From contig JBKBYA010000001.1 of NCBI GenBank assembly GCA_046313635.1, positions 895,481 through 959,480 on the forward strand: a DNA stretch of 64,000 nt. The letters run 5' to 3'. How positions within the stretch are numbered: position 1 is the stretch's first letter; every line of letters begins with the position of its first letter. Below, in pieces: positions 35,134 through 45,557 of this stretch. The notes beneath the pieces are model-generated. The model was given only the letters and a program-made list of their open reading frames with translations, was not told the origin of the DNA and did no database searches. Origin of the DNA: Pyrinomonadaceae bacterium (lineage in GTDB: Bacteria > Acidobacteriota > Blastocatellia > Pyrinomonadales > Pyrinomonadaceae). The position numbers and the translations under genes were made by a program.

Positions 35134-35415
35134 TTAGCTGACAGCGTCTTTCATGGACTTGCCGAGACGGAATTTGACCGTCGTCTTGGCCGGGATCTTG
35201 ATGGTCTCTCCGGTGGCAGGGTTGCGGCCCTCGCGCGCCTTGCGCTTGGCCTTAACGATCTTGCCAAAGCCGGGAACTGTAAATTCGCCGTTCTTCTTTA
35301 CCTCGGTGGTAGCGAGCGCCGTGAGAGCGTCAAAGAGACCTTTAACTTCGGTCTTTTTCAAGCCGGTCTTGTCTGCCAAAGTGCTGATGATCGCGGTTTG
35401 CGTCAATCGAGCCAT
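35134..35415 (-). CDS. hup: HU-family DNA-binding protein
   Basis: MARLTQTAII...GEFTVPGFG...RKAREGRNPATGETIKIPAKTTVKFR.GK..KDAV; RBS GGAGG. Confidence 0.95.
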   Translation of the reverse strand: MARLTQTAIISTLADKTGLKKTEVKGLFDALTALATTEVKKNGEFTVPGFGKIVKAKRKAREGRNPATGETIKIPAKTTVKFRLGKSMKDAVS

Positions 35416-35531
35416 AGTTTGAGTAACCTCCAGTTTTATTTGAGAAATAGAATCAAGGTGGATCGGATCGTACGGCCAGATAAACGCGCCGACGACTTTG
35501 AAAGTCTCAAGACCAATCAGTTCAAGCTGAC

Positions 35532-35608
35532 TGGTCGGGGCGGCAAGATTCGAACTTGCGGCCTCACGGTCCCAAACCGTGCGCACTACCAGGCTGTGCT
35601 ACGCCCCG
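35532..35608 (-). tRNA. tRNA-Pro(UGG)
   Basis: CGGGGCGTAGCACAGCCTGGTAGTGCGCACGGTTTGGGACCGTGAGGCCGCAAGTTCGAATCTTGCCGCCCCGACCA: cloverleaf, anticodon TGG, encoded CCA. Confidence 0.97.
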
Positions 35609-35666
35609 TTTTTCAATTGAGAAACAGTAACCAAGCGTCGAATTTTACAGACGAACGCGCAGGCGG

Positions 35667-36275
35667 TCAAGTAAGAGCCGCAAGGAAACCCTGTAAAAAT
35701 CGAACTGCCAAGCGTGTCGCCTGCGCGCGATGACTGATCTCGTCCTTGACCGCCGAGGACAGTTCGCCAAAGGTCTCGTCGTAACCGGCCGGTACAAAGA
35801 TCGGGTCGTACCCAAAGCCTCGGCTCCCGCGCGGCTCGGCGGCGATCGTGCCTTCGCATACCCCTTCGCATCGATGAATTATTCTTCCGTGCTCGTCCGC
35901 GATCGAAACGGCGCAGACGAATCGGGCCGTGCGCAGCTCGGGCGGAACGCCGATCATCTCGCGGATCAGCTTGTCGATCCGCTCTCGATCGGTCGCGTGC
36001 GGGCCCGCGTATCGTGCCGACAGCACGCCCGGCGCACCGTCAAGGGCATCGACCACAAGGCCGCTGTCGTCGGCGAGCGACAACGTCCTCGCAAGGCGCG
36101 CGTAACCCGCCGCTTTGAGGTCGGCATTGGCCGAGAAGGTGTCGCCCGTCTCGCTGACGAGATCGCGGATGCCGAGCTCGTCAAGGCCGACGATCGCCGC
36201 CGGCAGGTCGGCAAGCAGAGAAGCGAGCTCAGCGATCTTGCCTTTATTTCTGGTGGCGACAAGCAGACGTTTCAT
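35667..36275 (-). CDS. rdgB: Non-canonical purine NTP pyrophosphatase (HAM1 family)
   Basis: ATRNKGKI.E, ETG.TF..NA..KA, ADDSGL.VDAL.GAPGV.SARY, GFGYDPIF, K..ISHR. Confidence 0.96.
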   Translation of the reverse strand: MKRLLVATRNKGKIAELASLLADLPAAIVGLDELGIRDLVSETGDTFSANADLKAAGYARLARTLSLADDSGLVVDALDGAPGVLSARYAGPHATDRERIDKLIREMIGVPPELRTARFVCAVSIADEHGRIIHRCEGVCEGTIAAEPRGSRGFGYDPIFVPAGYDETFGELSSAVKDEISHRAQATRLAVRFLQGFLAALT

Positions 36276-36434
36276 ATCAGTATGGCCCCGGCATCTGTTA
36301 GACCTTAGCATCGCACGAGATTTTTGTTGCCGTGCTATGCCCGAAAAAGCTATAAATATTAGTGCGGACGCATCACACGTCCGGAGCTCCGCTCGCTGAT
36401 CCCACACTTTTTCTTACTCGTCATCTCTTTGCAA

Positions 36435-37709
36435 ATGAACAACACTGTGACCGATGCGGCGCTCAATGCGACTGCCGCCGCAGATCCGACTTCCGCACAA
36501 CGAGCCGTCCCGCGCGACGCCGAGTTCGAACTCGGTATGTGGCTGTCCGGGGTCGAGAGCTTCTTCGACGCCGGAAGCTCCCTCTTTGCGGACCGGCTCG
36601 GGCAGCGCTCGACCGAACTAAGCGGCGAGATACGTGTCGCGAGATCTGTCCTGCTCTTGTGTGCGACGCTTGCCAACGAGGCCGCGGCGTCGACCGCCAG
36701 ACTGCGGTCGGTATCGCGCGAAGATCTCGACGAACTCTCGCTGAGCCTGTGTGATGCGGTCATCCTCAGCGGCTCACTCGCAAAGTTGGGTTCACTCGAT
36801 TTTGGCGAATGGCGCGCTTTTACCTCGACGACCCTGAGCTGCTTGCGTGCGGCGTCGGCCTTCGAAGACCTGATCGCCAACGCCGAAAAGGTCGCCGAAT
36901 CGGACATACCGCCGCGGCTGCACGAGCTGCTCGAGCATGGAAGCTTTTCGTTTGCCGAGCGCTCGAATCTGCGCTCCGTCGTGATGCGATATTCAAAGGC
37001 CCGCCGATGGATCTCCGAGATCGAGGACCTGCTCCGTCGAGATGAGCCGCTCAAGCACAGCGTGCTGCTCTTTGCTCGTGTGCACGAGCAGATAGGCGAC
37101 GTGGTCCGCTTTATCAACAACCGGCTCAACCGGTCCGAGAATGAGGATTCAGAGATATTCCGGACGCTCGACACGGCGTCGTACACCTCATCGCACGAGC
37201 TTAGAAAGGTCTTTGACGACGAGCTCTCTGGCATCCTCGCCGTCAGGCCCGCACCGACCATCTTTGCTCGTATCGGCACCGCGGCCTCGCTGCTCAAGGA
37301 TGGTATCGAGCAGGTCCTGCTGAGCGTAGCGCGGCTCGCCGAGCCCGGCATAAGGCCGGATGAGATATTCCCGCACTTTAAGCAGAAGTTTGAGTTCTCG
37401 CTGCTTTTGCGATCTGAGCTTGCGGGCCTTGTCGCCGACGTGAGCGCTTGTGAAGGCGATCCGTCCAAGGCAAGGGTCGAGCAGCTCAGCCACCGCCTCG
37501 CGCAGTTCTCCGCCGGGATCATGCCGGCGCTGTATTACAAAGATCGCGACACCTTTGAAAGGTTTGTAGAGGAGATCAGGCTGACATCGGGCCGCTCAGA
37601 TCTCGTGCCGATACTTCATCGATTCGGCGCGTATCTTGAGACGCTCTTCGGCCACGTCAATAATCGTACGATCCTTTCGGGCCACCCTTTCGATCCGTCG
37701 AATAAGTGA
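36435..37709 (+). CDS. All-helical conserved hypothetical protein
   Basis: Long ORF with amphipathic helices; C-terminal LYYKDRDTFERF...LHRFGAYLETLFGHVNNR..L..HPF; no family recognised. Confidence 0.8.
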   Translation: MNNTVTDAALNATAAADPTSAQRAVPRDAEFELGMWLSGVESFFDAGSSLFADRLGQRSTELSGEIRVARSVLLLCATLANEAAASTARLRSVSREDLDELSLSLCDAVILSGSLAKLGSLDFGEWRAFTSTTLSCLRAASAFEDLIANAEKVAESDIPPRLHELLEHGSFSFAERSNLRSVVMRYSKARRWISEIEDLLRRDEPLKHSVLLFARVHEQIGDVVRFINNRLNRSENEDSEIFRTLDTASYTSSHELRKVFDDELSGILAVRPAPTIFARIGTAASLLKDGIEQVLLSVARLAEPGIRPDEIFPHFKQKFEFSLLLRSELAGLVADVSACEGDPSKARVEQLSHRLAQFSAGIMPALYYKDRDTFERFVEEIRLTSGRSDLVPILHRFGAYLETLFGHVNNRTILSGHPFDPSNK

Positions 37710-37718
37710 TCGCAGCTC

Positions 37719-40241
37719 CTACTGCGAGCGCAGGGTCGCGAGCGGCTTTCGAAGCAGCACGTCAAAGCTCGCACCGACGCCGACAAGCAGCACGAGAAGG
37801 GCCGTTCCGGTAATCCCCGCAAAAAAGACGGCGGCGTCAAAGCGCCACTCGATATTCAACAGATAGCGGCTAACAGCCCACGACAGCAGCGCCGCGAACC
37901 CCGACCCGATCAGCCCGGCCAAAAGGCCCAGCAGGCCATACTCGGCGAGAAGGATGCGCGTCAAACTCGCTCGCGTCGCGCCGAGAGTTTTGAGGACGGC
38001 GTTCTCGTAAACGCGCTGCGACTTGGTCAGCGCGATCGAGCCGATCAGGATCAGGATGCCGCTCAGTATCACGAACGAACCGACGAACGATATCGCCAGC
38101 ACAAAATTGTTCACCAGCCGCTGAACCGTCGCGATGATGTCGGCGACGTCAAAGACCTGCACGTTCGGAAATCGGTCCAGCACCTCTCGCTGCAGGCGCT
38201 GCCGCTCGGTCGCGCCCGCGCGGCGCAGCACGGTCGCCGCATAGCTCTGCGGCGCCTTTTCGAGCGCGCCGGGCCTGAAGACGAACAAGAATGCGGTCCG
38301 CGTATTTCGCAGATCGATCTTTCTGACGCTTGCGACGCGGGCCGTGATCTTGCGGCCAGAGATGTCGAAGGTGATCGAGTCGCCCGGAGCGACGCCGAGT
38401 GTGCGAGCGATGTCCTCTTCGACAGAGACCTGCGGCTCGACCGGGTCGTCGCCCTGCCACCATGAGCCGGCGACGATCGACTCGTTCTCGTCGAGCTCAG
38501 GGCGGTACGTTACGGCAAATTCGCGCCCGATCACGCCCTGCTGCTGCCTGACCTCACGCTGCTTGTAATCGAAAGGCTCGCCGTTGACGAATGCAACCCG
38601 CGCCCGCACGGTCGGGATGGTCTCGGGCTGCTCGCCGAGACGTTCGGCGACTAGATGTCGAAGCTCGTCGATCTGGCTCTTTTGAATGTCGACAAAGAAG
38701 AGACTCGGCAAACGCCCGCTGCGCGTGAAGTCAAATTCGCGGACGAGATTTGAAGCAAGCGACTGCACCGTCAGCACGACAAACGCGCCGAGGCCGACCG
38801 CGAGCAGGATGATGCGCGTTTGATTGCCCGGACGGTAGAGGGAATTGATCGCTTGTCTCAGCGAAAATGAACCGATCGACCTCACGCCGCGCAGGACGCG
38901 CGTCAGCGCGACAGCCGAGAGAAACAGGATCGACGACGTCGCTGCGAGCCCGCCGAGAAAGAAAGCTCCGATGCGCAGCGACCCGGCCTGCCAGACCGCG
39001 AGACCGAGCAGCCCGGCGATCGAGACCGCGCCGAGCGCGAGGCGGACGCGGTCAAAGCGGCTGAGTTGAGTGTTATTCTCGTCGCGCAGCAAAAGCCGCG
39101 GCTTGATGCCGCGCACCTGCAGCAGCGGCAGCAGCGAGAAGATCAGCGAGATCAGCACGCCGAGCACGACGCCCTGCAGGCCGGTCGCGGCGCTTACGGC
39201 GTACGTCATCTTTGCCGGCAGCGCCTCCGCAAACCGCCACTTGACCAGCAGCAGTGCGCCTTGCGCAAATGCGACGCCGGCAAGGCTGCCGATCGATCCG
39301 AGCACGACGATCTGCGTGAGATAAACGGCAATTATCCGCGTGCCGCTCGCGCCGAGGCACTTCAGGACGGCGACCGTGCGACGCTTTTGCTCGACGAATG
39401 CGCGGGCGACATTCCAGACGCCGACGCCGCCGAGCACGAGGATCAGCAGGCCGGTCAGCGCGAGATAATTTTCGGTGCGTTCAAACTGCTCGCCGAGCCG
39501 CTCCTGCTGCTCGCGATACGAGCTGACCTGCAGCGTCGTCCCGCGCAGGCGGTCGCGAAGTTCGGCGACGAGCCGGGTCGGATCCTCGGTCGTCCGCAGC
39601 AGTATCCGCCGGCGCGTGCGATTGCTGCGTGTGATGCCTGCGTCGTCAAAGGCCTTTTTCTCGACAAACACGCGCGGGCCGAGGCGGAAGCCGCTTGTTC
39701 CGCCGGGTTCCTCGTCAAAAACGCCGCGGATCTCGAAGGTCGCTTCGCCGACGCGGACGCGATCGCCGATCTCGACCCCGAGATCGTCGAGCACGATACG
39801 CGCGACGACCGCGCCGCCATTCTGCAGCAGAGCAAAGTCGAAGGGCCTGCCGTCAGCGAGATAAAAATCGCCGACGAGCGGGAATGGCGGCTCGATCCCC
39901 TTTAGCTCGACGAATTTGATGTTCGGGTTTGCCGCGTCGGCCGAGCGGGCCATCACGGCCGACGTGATCGTCTCGCTGCGAGCATCGACGATGCCGCTGC
40001 GCAAAACTGCATCCTCGATCTTGGCGACGTCGGCCGGCGCAAAGTCGCTGGTCGAGCCGATCTCGACATCCGCCGTCATCAGTGCACGAGCGTCCACGCC
40101 GGCCGCGAGCGTGACGTTGCGGATCAGCGAGCGAAGCGCGACGACCGAGCCGACGCCCAGCGCGATGCAGAGAAAGAAAAAGACGAGCCGCCGCCATGAC
40201 GATCGAAATTCGCGGCGGCTGAGGCTGAGGATAAATCTCAT
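37719..40241 (-). CDS. ybbP: ABC transporter permease, FtsX/YbbP-like
   Basis: Duplicated FtsX halves, AVLKCLGAS, LFFVDIQ, AVLKTLGA; adjacent to ybbA and tesA. Confidence 0.88.
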   Translation of the reverse strand: MRFILSLSRREFRSSWRRLVFFFLCIALGVGSVVALRSLIRNVTLAAGVDARALMTADVEIGSTSDFAPADVAKIEDAVLRSGIVDARSETITSAVMARSADAANPNIKFVELKGIEPPFPLVGDFYLADGRPFDFALLQNGGAVVARIVLDDLGVEIGDRVRVGEATFEIRGVFDEEPGGTSGFRLGPRVFVEKKAFDDAGITRSNRTRRRILLRTTEDPTRLVAELRDRLRGTTLQVSSYREQQERLGEQFERTENYLALTGLLILVLGGVGVWNVARAFVEQKRRTVAVLKCLGASGTRIIAVYLTQIVVLGSIGSLAGVAFAQGALLLVKWRFAEALPAKMTYAVSAATGLQGVVLGVLISLIFSLLPLLQVRGIKPRLLLRDENNTQLSRFDRVRLALGAVSIAGLLGLAVWQAGSLRIGAFFLGGLAATSSILFLSAVALTRVLRGVRSIGSFSLRQAINSLYRPGNQTRIILLAVGLGAFVVLTVQSLASNLVREFDFTRSGRLPSLFFVDIQKSQIDELRHLVAERLGEQPETIPTVRARVAFVNGEPFDYKQREVRQQQGVIGREFAVTYRPELDENESIVAGSWWQGDDPVEPQVSVEEDIARTLGVAPGDSITFDISGRKITARVASVRKIDLRNTRTAFLFVFRPGALEKAPQSYAATVLRRAGATERQRLQREVLDRFPNVQVFDVADIIATVQRLVNNFVLAISFVGSFVILSGILILIGSIALTKSQRVYENAVLKTLGATRASLTRILLAEYGLLGLLAGLIGSGFAALLSWAVSRYLLNIEWRFDAAVFFAGITGTALLVLLVGVGASFDVLLRKPLATLRSQ

Positions 40242-40912
40242 CCGGCGACGGCGTCCTCCACCACGCGTCCGTCCTGCAGGACGATCTTTCGCTGCGCCTG
40301 ATCGGCAAGCGCGGCGTCGTGGGTGACGAGCACGAGCGTTACGTTATTGCGGCGGTGCAGGTCCATCATTAGGTCAAAGATGTGATGGCCGTTCTTTGAG
40401 TCGAGATTCCCGGTCGGCTCGTCGGCGAGCAGTATCGACGGCTCGTTCGCAAAGGCTCGTGCGATAGCGACGCGCTGCTGCTCGCCGCCGGAGAGCTCGG
40501 CCGGGTAATGATGGCCGCGGTTTGTGAGACCGACCTCGTCGAGCAGACGATGCGCGCGTTCCTTTGCGTTCCTGAGCCCGAGTATCTCCATCGGGATAAG
40601 GACGTTCTCAAACGCGGTCAGACTCGGGATCAGATGAAACGACTGAAAGACGAATCCGATCTTCCGGCTGCGGATCGAGGCGAGCTGGTCCTCGCCGAGG
40701 CTCGTTATCTCGTCGTCGTCGATCGCGATCGTTCCGGACGTCGCAGCGTCGAGGCCCGCGATCAAACCGAGCAGCGTCGACTTACCGCTGCCCGACGCAC
40801 CGGTCACCGCGACGAACTGCCCGTCGGGTATCGAGACCGAAACGTCGTCAAGTATGGTCAGGTCGTCACCGCCGGAGCGCACGGTCTTGGTCAGATTTGA
40901 GATTCGGATCAT
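40238..40912 (-). CDS. ybbA: ABC transporter ATP-binding protein
   Basis: [36 protein letters not shown]. Confidence 0.92.
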   Translation of the reverse strand: MIRISNLTKTVRSGGDDLTILDDVSVSIPDGQFVAVTGASGSGKSTLLGLIAGLDAATSGTIAIDDDEITSLGEDQLASIRSRKIGFVFQSFHLIPSLTAFENVLIPMEILGLRNAKERAHRLLDEVGLTNRGHHYPAELSGGEQQRVAIARAFANEPSILLADEPTGNLDSKNGHHIFDLMMDLHRRNNVTLVLVTHDAALADQAQRKIVLQDGRVVEDAVAG

Positions 40913-41030
40913 ATTTTAATTAACTGAAAGGGTGAACCGATCCCGCGCCCGATCCAAACGTCCGCGCCAACAGCTGCCGGGTGTCGCGGCATCCAAACGC
41001 GCATCGATCGCGTATCGTGCTTCAGAGCTT

Positions 41031-41723
41031 ATGCGAAATATTATTCGAATAACGGCGGCCGCGGGTTTCACGTTTCTTATATGTTGGACGCTCGCGTGCG
41101 GTGCCGCAAGCCGCGACGCGGGGCCGGTCGGGCAGGCCGCGAATAAGCCGCTCGCGCTGCCCAGGCTCGATAACGAGCGTCCGAAGATCGTCGCTTTCGG
41201 CGACAGCCTGACGGCCGGATTCGGTCTGGCCGAGAACGAATCATATCCATACCTGCTGCAGCAAAAACTTGTAGCCGACGGCTACGACTACGAGGTAGTC
41301 AACGCCGGCGTCTCGGGCGAGACGTCGCTCGGCGGACTCGAGCGCATCGATTGGGTGCTCGAGATGGAGAATGTAAAGGTGCTGATCCTTGAACTCGGCG
41401 CCAACGACCTGCTCCGCGGCGTGCCGCCCGCGAAGATGAAGGCAAATCTCGACCAGATCATGCGCAAGGCCAAAGCAAAAAATATCAAGGTGCTCCTCTG
41501 CGGAATGATCGCGGCGCCGACGATGGGGGCCGATTACCAGCGTCAGTACAATTCGGCATTCCCCGACCTCGCGAACGAACATAAGACGGGATTTGTGCCG
41601 TTCGTCCTCGAGAACGTCGCGCTCAAACGCGAGCTCAATCAGGCCGACGGCATCCACCCAAATGCAGAGGGCGAAAAGATCATGACGGAGACGATCTACA
41701 AGGAGCTGCGAAAAATGCTCTGA
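41031..41723 (+). CDS. tesA: GDSL arylesterase/thioesterase, lipoprotein
   Basis: Lipobox LAC; FGDSLTAG, NAGVSGET, LELGAND, DGIHPN. Confidence 0.92.
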   Translation: MRNIIRITAAAGFTFLICWTLACGAASRDAGPVGQAANKPLALPRLDNERPKIVAFGDSLTAGFGLAENESYPYLLQQKLVADGYDYEVVNAGVSGETSLGGLERIDWVLEMENVKVLILELGANDLLRGVPPAKMKANLDQIMRKAKAKNIKVLLCGMIAAPTMGADYQRQYNSAFPDLANEHKTGFVPFVLENVALKRELNQADGIHPNAEGEKIMTETIYKELRKML

Positions 41724-41735
41724 TACAGCACCGGG

Positions 41736-41751
41736 CGGTACGCTCGTTGCT
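41736..41751 (+). promoter_or_regulatory. Putative sigma-54 promoter
   Basis: CGGTACGCTCGTTGCT = GG-N10-GC, upstream of the gene at 41794. Confidence 0.55.
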
Positions 41752-41793
41752 CTGAAAATTCGGCATTCCGATCGGACAAGGGGGAGATCAAGA

Positions 41794-42423
41794 ATGAGAC
41801 AGATAGCTTTGGTTTTGGGGCTCGTCGCGAGTCTCTCGATCGGCGCGGCCGCGCAGGAGCCGCGCTCGGCCGAGACAGCGGACAAGAACGACGTCGCCGA
41901 TGCGGCGTCACAGAAAGGTAACTCTGCGGCCTACGTTCGGCCCAGCTCCAAGCAGCGAAGGACGCGTTACCTGAGATCGATGTTCGGCCCGACGGCGCTC
42001 GGCAAGCGCGTCGCAACCTCAGGCATCGCGACATGGCGAAACTCGCCCGCGGAGTGGGGCGACAAGTGGGAAGGCTTCGGACGGCGATTCGCATCGTCGA
42101 CGGGCAAGAGCGTGATCAAGAACACGACCGCATTCGCGCTCGAAGAGGCGTTCAAGCTCGACAGCCGGTACTACCGCAGCCAGAAAAAAGACGTCGGCTC
42201 GCGCGTCGGCAACGCGCTCATCTCGTCGGTTACGGCTCGCAATGAGCGCGGCAAACGAGTCTTCGGCTTTCCGCGCATCGTCGGCACTTACACCGCAAGC
42301 ATCGTCGCCGCAGAGGCTTGGTATCCCGACCGTTACAGCTGGAAGAACGGCGTCAGGAGCGGCACGATGTCGCTCGGCCTTAACGCGGCCTTTAATCTGA
42401 TCAAGGAATTTTGGAAGAAGTAA
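41794..42423 (+). CDS. Secreted/membrane hypothetical protein
   Basis: Signal peptide; P.EWG..WEGFGRRFAS...D.RYYRS......R...A...WYP...FNLIKEF; RBS GGGGAG. Confidence 0.85.
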   Translation: MRQIALVLGLVASLSIGAAAQEPRSAETADKNDVADAASQKGNSAAYVRPSSKQRRTRYLRSMFGPTALGKRVATSGIATWRNSPAEWGDKWEGFGRRFASSTGKSVIKNTTAFALEEAFKLDSRYYRSQKKDVGSRVGNALISSVTARNERGKRVFGFPRIVGTYTASIVAAEAWYPDRYSWKNGVRSGTMSLGLNAAFNLIKEFWKK

Positions 42424-42510
42424 GACGGCGGTTCGAGTGCGGAGTTCCCAGTCCGGTGACGGCCACGTCGAATTTCCCCTGACGATCACCGTGGCGATCT
42501 AACTGTCTGA

Positions 42511-42542
42511 GCATAGCCACGCTGTTCACGGCGTGGCTATGC
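42511..42542. repeat. Perfect REP/IS605-end-like hairpin
   Basis: GCATAGCCACGC-TGTTCACG-GCGTGGCTATGC: 12-bp perfect arms and no T tail. Confidence 0.6.
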
Positions 42543-42665
42543 GAAGCCGTAATGCCAATGCAGTTCGGACGTGACGCCAGGATCCAGTTGAATTCCGACG
42601 TCAACACGACCGGTCGAGCCATGGTCAACGTTGACCTCACGCCTCGAGGCGTTACTCTTTGTCTA

Positions 42666-43832
42666 ATGAACGTCACACATCTCGAATGCGCGAACTGCGG
42701 ACTTCGTCATGAGGCCCGTACTCTTCAAAACCTCTGCGTCGAATGCGGCAAGCCGCTGCTAGTCCGTTACGATCTCGAAAGTGCTTCTCGCTCGCTGACG
42801 CGCGAGTCTCTGGCCGGCCGCGTCCCTTCGCTCTGGCGATACCGCGAGTTGCTGCCGGTCGAGCGCCCGGAAAACATCGTCTCGTTTGGCGAGGGCTGGA
42901 CGCCGCTCTTGCCCGCGAGTCGTCTAGCCGAGTCTTTGCCGGTGCGGCTCGAACTTTTTATCAAGGACGAAGGTCAAAATCCGACGCAGAGCTTTAAGGC
43001 CCGCGGTATGACGGCCGCCATCTCGATGGCCAAAGAGCTCGGCGTCGGAAAGGTCGCCGTCCCGTCCGCCGGCAACGCCGCCGGTGCGATGGCCGCTTAT
43101 GCAGCGCGAGCGGGAATGGAAGCACACATTTTTATGCCGTCGGACACGCCTCGCGCCAACGTCGTCGAATGTGAGCAGACCGGTGCATTCGTCACGCTCG
43201 TTGACGGGCTGATCACCGACTGCGGCAAGATCGTCGCCGAGCGCAAGCAGGCCGAGGGCTGGTTTGACGTTTCGACGCTCAAAGAACCGTATCGCGTCGA
43301 GGGCAAAAAGACGATGGGGTACGAATTGGCCGAGCAGTTCGGCTGGACGCTGCCGGACGTGATCGTCTATCCGACCGGCGGCGGCACCGGCCTGATCGGG
43401 ATGTGGAAGGCGTTTGACGAGATGGAGCAGATGGGCTGGATCGACGCGCGGCGACCGCGGATGATCTCGGTCCAATCGGCCACGTGCGCGCCGATCGTTC
43501 GCGCATTCAACGAAGGGAAGCGCTTTGCCGACGAATTCGAGAACGCCGAGACCGTCGCCTCGGGCCTGCGCGTGCCCAAGGCGATCGGCGACTTTTTGAT
43601 CATCGACGCCATTCGAGCATCGGGCGGTACGGCCGTCGCCGTGACCGACGAAGAGCTGATCGCCGCCGTCCGCGAGATCGGCGCGGCCGAGGGCATCTTC
43701 GCCGCGCCGGAGGGAGCCGCGTGCCTGCCCGCGCTGCGCAATTTGATCGAGCACGATCTCGTCAAAAACGGCGAAACCGTCGTCCTCTTCAACACCGGCG
43801 CCGGCGTAAAATATCTAGAAGCTTTTGGCTGA
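42666..43832 (+). CDS. thrC: Threonine synthase
   Basis: C..C...C..C N-terminus, [17 protein letters not shown] (PLP Lys), SAGNA, EGKKT, PTGGG; promoter TTGACC-N16-TACTCT 7 nt before the ATG. Confidence 0.92.
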   Translation: MNVTHLECANCGLRHEARTLQNLCVECGKPLLVRYDLESASRSLTRESLAGRVPSLWRYRELLPVERPENIVSFGEGWTPLLPASRLAESLPVRLELFIKDEGQNPTQSFKARGMTAAISMAKELGVGKVAVPSAGNAAGAMAAYAARAGMEAHIFMPSDTPRANVVECEQTGAFVTLVDGLITDCGKIVAERKQAEGWFDVSTLKEPYRVEGKKTMGYELAEQFGWTLPDVIVYPTGGGTGLIGMWKAFDEMEQMGWIDARRPRMISVQSATCAPIVRAFNEGKRFADEFENAETVASGLRVPKAIGDFLIIDAIRASGGTAVAVTDEELIAAVREIGAAEGIFAAPEGAACLPALRNLIEHDLVKNGETVVLFNTGAGVKYLEAFG

Positions 43833-43881
43833 AGTGTTATGATTCCCTAGCTCAACATCGAGCTCAGGGAGGCCATTTGCA

Positions 43882-45210
43882 ATGTCGAACTTTCACCGGG
43901 GAGCGAGATTTACATTTCCTGCCAAAGCAGCGACCGCGGTTTTTCTCAGCGTAGTCTTTCTGCATCCGTGCTTCGCGGCATTCACGCTCGATCCGACGTT
44001 CGCCGGCGGCGGCAAACTGACGATCGCGTTTCCAGATTCGTCTTCAAATTACACGTCACAGGCCTTCCGGATCTTCGTCCAGCCAAATAACCGGATACTC
44101 GTCGGCGGTACGTTCACGAATATGTCGCCCGACGGGCAGTTATCTGGAGTCGCCTGGGCCGGACTCACGCCCGGCGGGGCGTTGGATGCGGGTTTCGGGT
44201 CCGGCGGACTGGTGACCGACTGGCGATCGGACGCCTCGACGAGTTTTAGGGACGCGCTGATGTACGCAGACGGATCGACCTTGCGGATCTCACAGGTCTT
44301 GCGTCTCCCGGTCGGGTCGAGCACGGTCCAGACCGTACGCCTTACCGCCAATGGCTCGGTCGACAATGTTTTTGCATCGAACGTCAGCGTCGGCCCGTGC
44401 TGCTTTGGTTTTTTCAACGCTCGGCCCGTCCAGGTCGCCGTTAGAAGCGACGGTAAGATCCTGGTGCTCATAACCGACCAGGGCGAGCATTTGCTCTATA
44501 GACTGAATCCTGACGGCACGCGCGACTCGACCTTCGGCGCGAACGGCATCGTCGGAATAACTTTCAACAAATTCTCGCCGGCGAGCATCGCCGAAATGAT
44601 CGTATTGAGCGACGGCAAGATCCTGCTTGCCGGCAACATCGCGCCTTTCAACTCACCAAACGGGTCGAGCGAGTTGTTTGTCGCTCGGCTCGGCGAGTCG
44701 GGCAACTGGGACAAGACGTTCGGACGCGTCGGCGTACGGCGGTTCGCATTCGGCGCGGGAACGACCGGGACCGTCGCAAAAGCGCTCGTGCAGCCGGACG
44801 GAAACATCTTGCTGGCGGGGAGTATCTCGAACCCCGATCTTGACGTGTGGATGATGCGGCTGCGGCCGAACGCGCGGGTCGATACGTCCTTTGGGACGGG
44901 CGGCATTGTCGTCAGGGACTTCTTGCCGGGAGGAGCTGACGCCGCGGCATCGGCGGCCTTGTCCGCGGACGGCAAGGTCCGGCTCGCCGGCACGCTTGGC
45001 TCGCCGCAAAATGTTTTGGTCGCTCGATTCGCGGCAAACGGCACGTTCGAGGAGAGCACGTCCATCGAGTTCACGCCGGGGCAGTACGCCGGGGCCAACG
45101 ATGTAACGCTGCAGCCCGACGGCAAGGTCCTCGTAGCAGGCTACACAAGACATCCCAACACGGCGGCGACCACCGGGAGCGTTTTTGCCGTCGCTCGCCT
45201 CACTGAATAG
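43882..45210 (+). CDS. Secreted delta-60 repeat (DUF5122) beta-propeller protein
   Basis: Repeats QPDGKILxAG...RL..DG.LD.TFG..G, about 7 copies. Confidence 0.9.
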   Translation: MSNFHRGARFTFPAKAATAVFLSVVFLHPCFAAFTLDPTFAGGGKLTIAFPDSSSNYTSQAFRIFVQPNNRILVGGTFTNMSPDGQLSGVAWAGLTPGGALDAGFGSGGLVTDWRSDASTSFRDALMYADGSTLRISQVLRLPVGSSTVQTVRLTANGSVDNVFASNVSVGPCCFGFFNARPVQVAVRSDGKILVLITDQGEHLLYRLNPDGTRDSTFGANGIVGITFNKFSPASIAEMIVLSDGKILLAGNIAPFNSPNGSSELFVARLGESGNWDKTFGRVGVRRFAFGAGTTGTVAKALVQPDGNILLAGSISNPDLDVWMMRLRPNARVDTSFGTGGIVVRDFLPGGADAAASAALSADGKVRLAGTLGSPQNVLVARFAANGTFEESTSIEFTPGQYAGANDVTLQPDGKVLVAGYTRHPNTAATTGSVFAVARLTE

Positions 45211-45557
45211 CGGACAGCACCGCCGCGCAACGTCGCGGGCGGGCCGATCGACGGCGGCGGACCGGCCGATCCCGGATGGCTTGGCGCTTTCGATCGACGC
45301 GATTTATTCGTAATATCGTCTTATCGACAGGAGCGAGCGGGGGGCAGGTAGCAAGTGAAAGGTTCAGCGAGTTCGAAACAGGTCGGCGATGTTGCGCATC
45401 CGGCGTGCGGATCTGCGTCGATGCCGCGAACGATCGAGCCCGCCGGAGCGCCGCCGGAGGTCGTGCCCGCCGCGTCGCGCGTCAAAGACCGAGGCGATCT
45501 TGCGATCGCCATCCCCGCCGCACCCCAGCCCTCCACCGCTACAAGGACAATGACGAA

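Noticed and set aside
35532..35608. tRNA-Pro as the integration site of an island
   Set aside because: It is flanked by rdgB and hup, with no integrase and no duplicated tRNA 3' end noticed.
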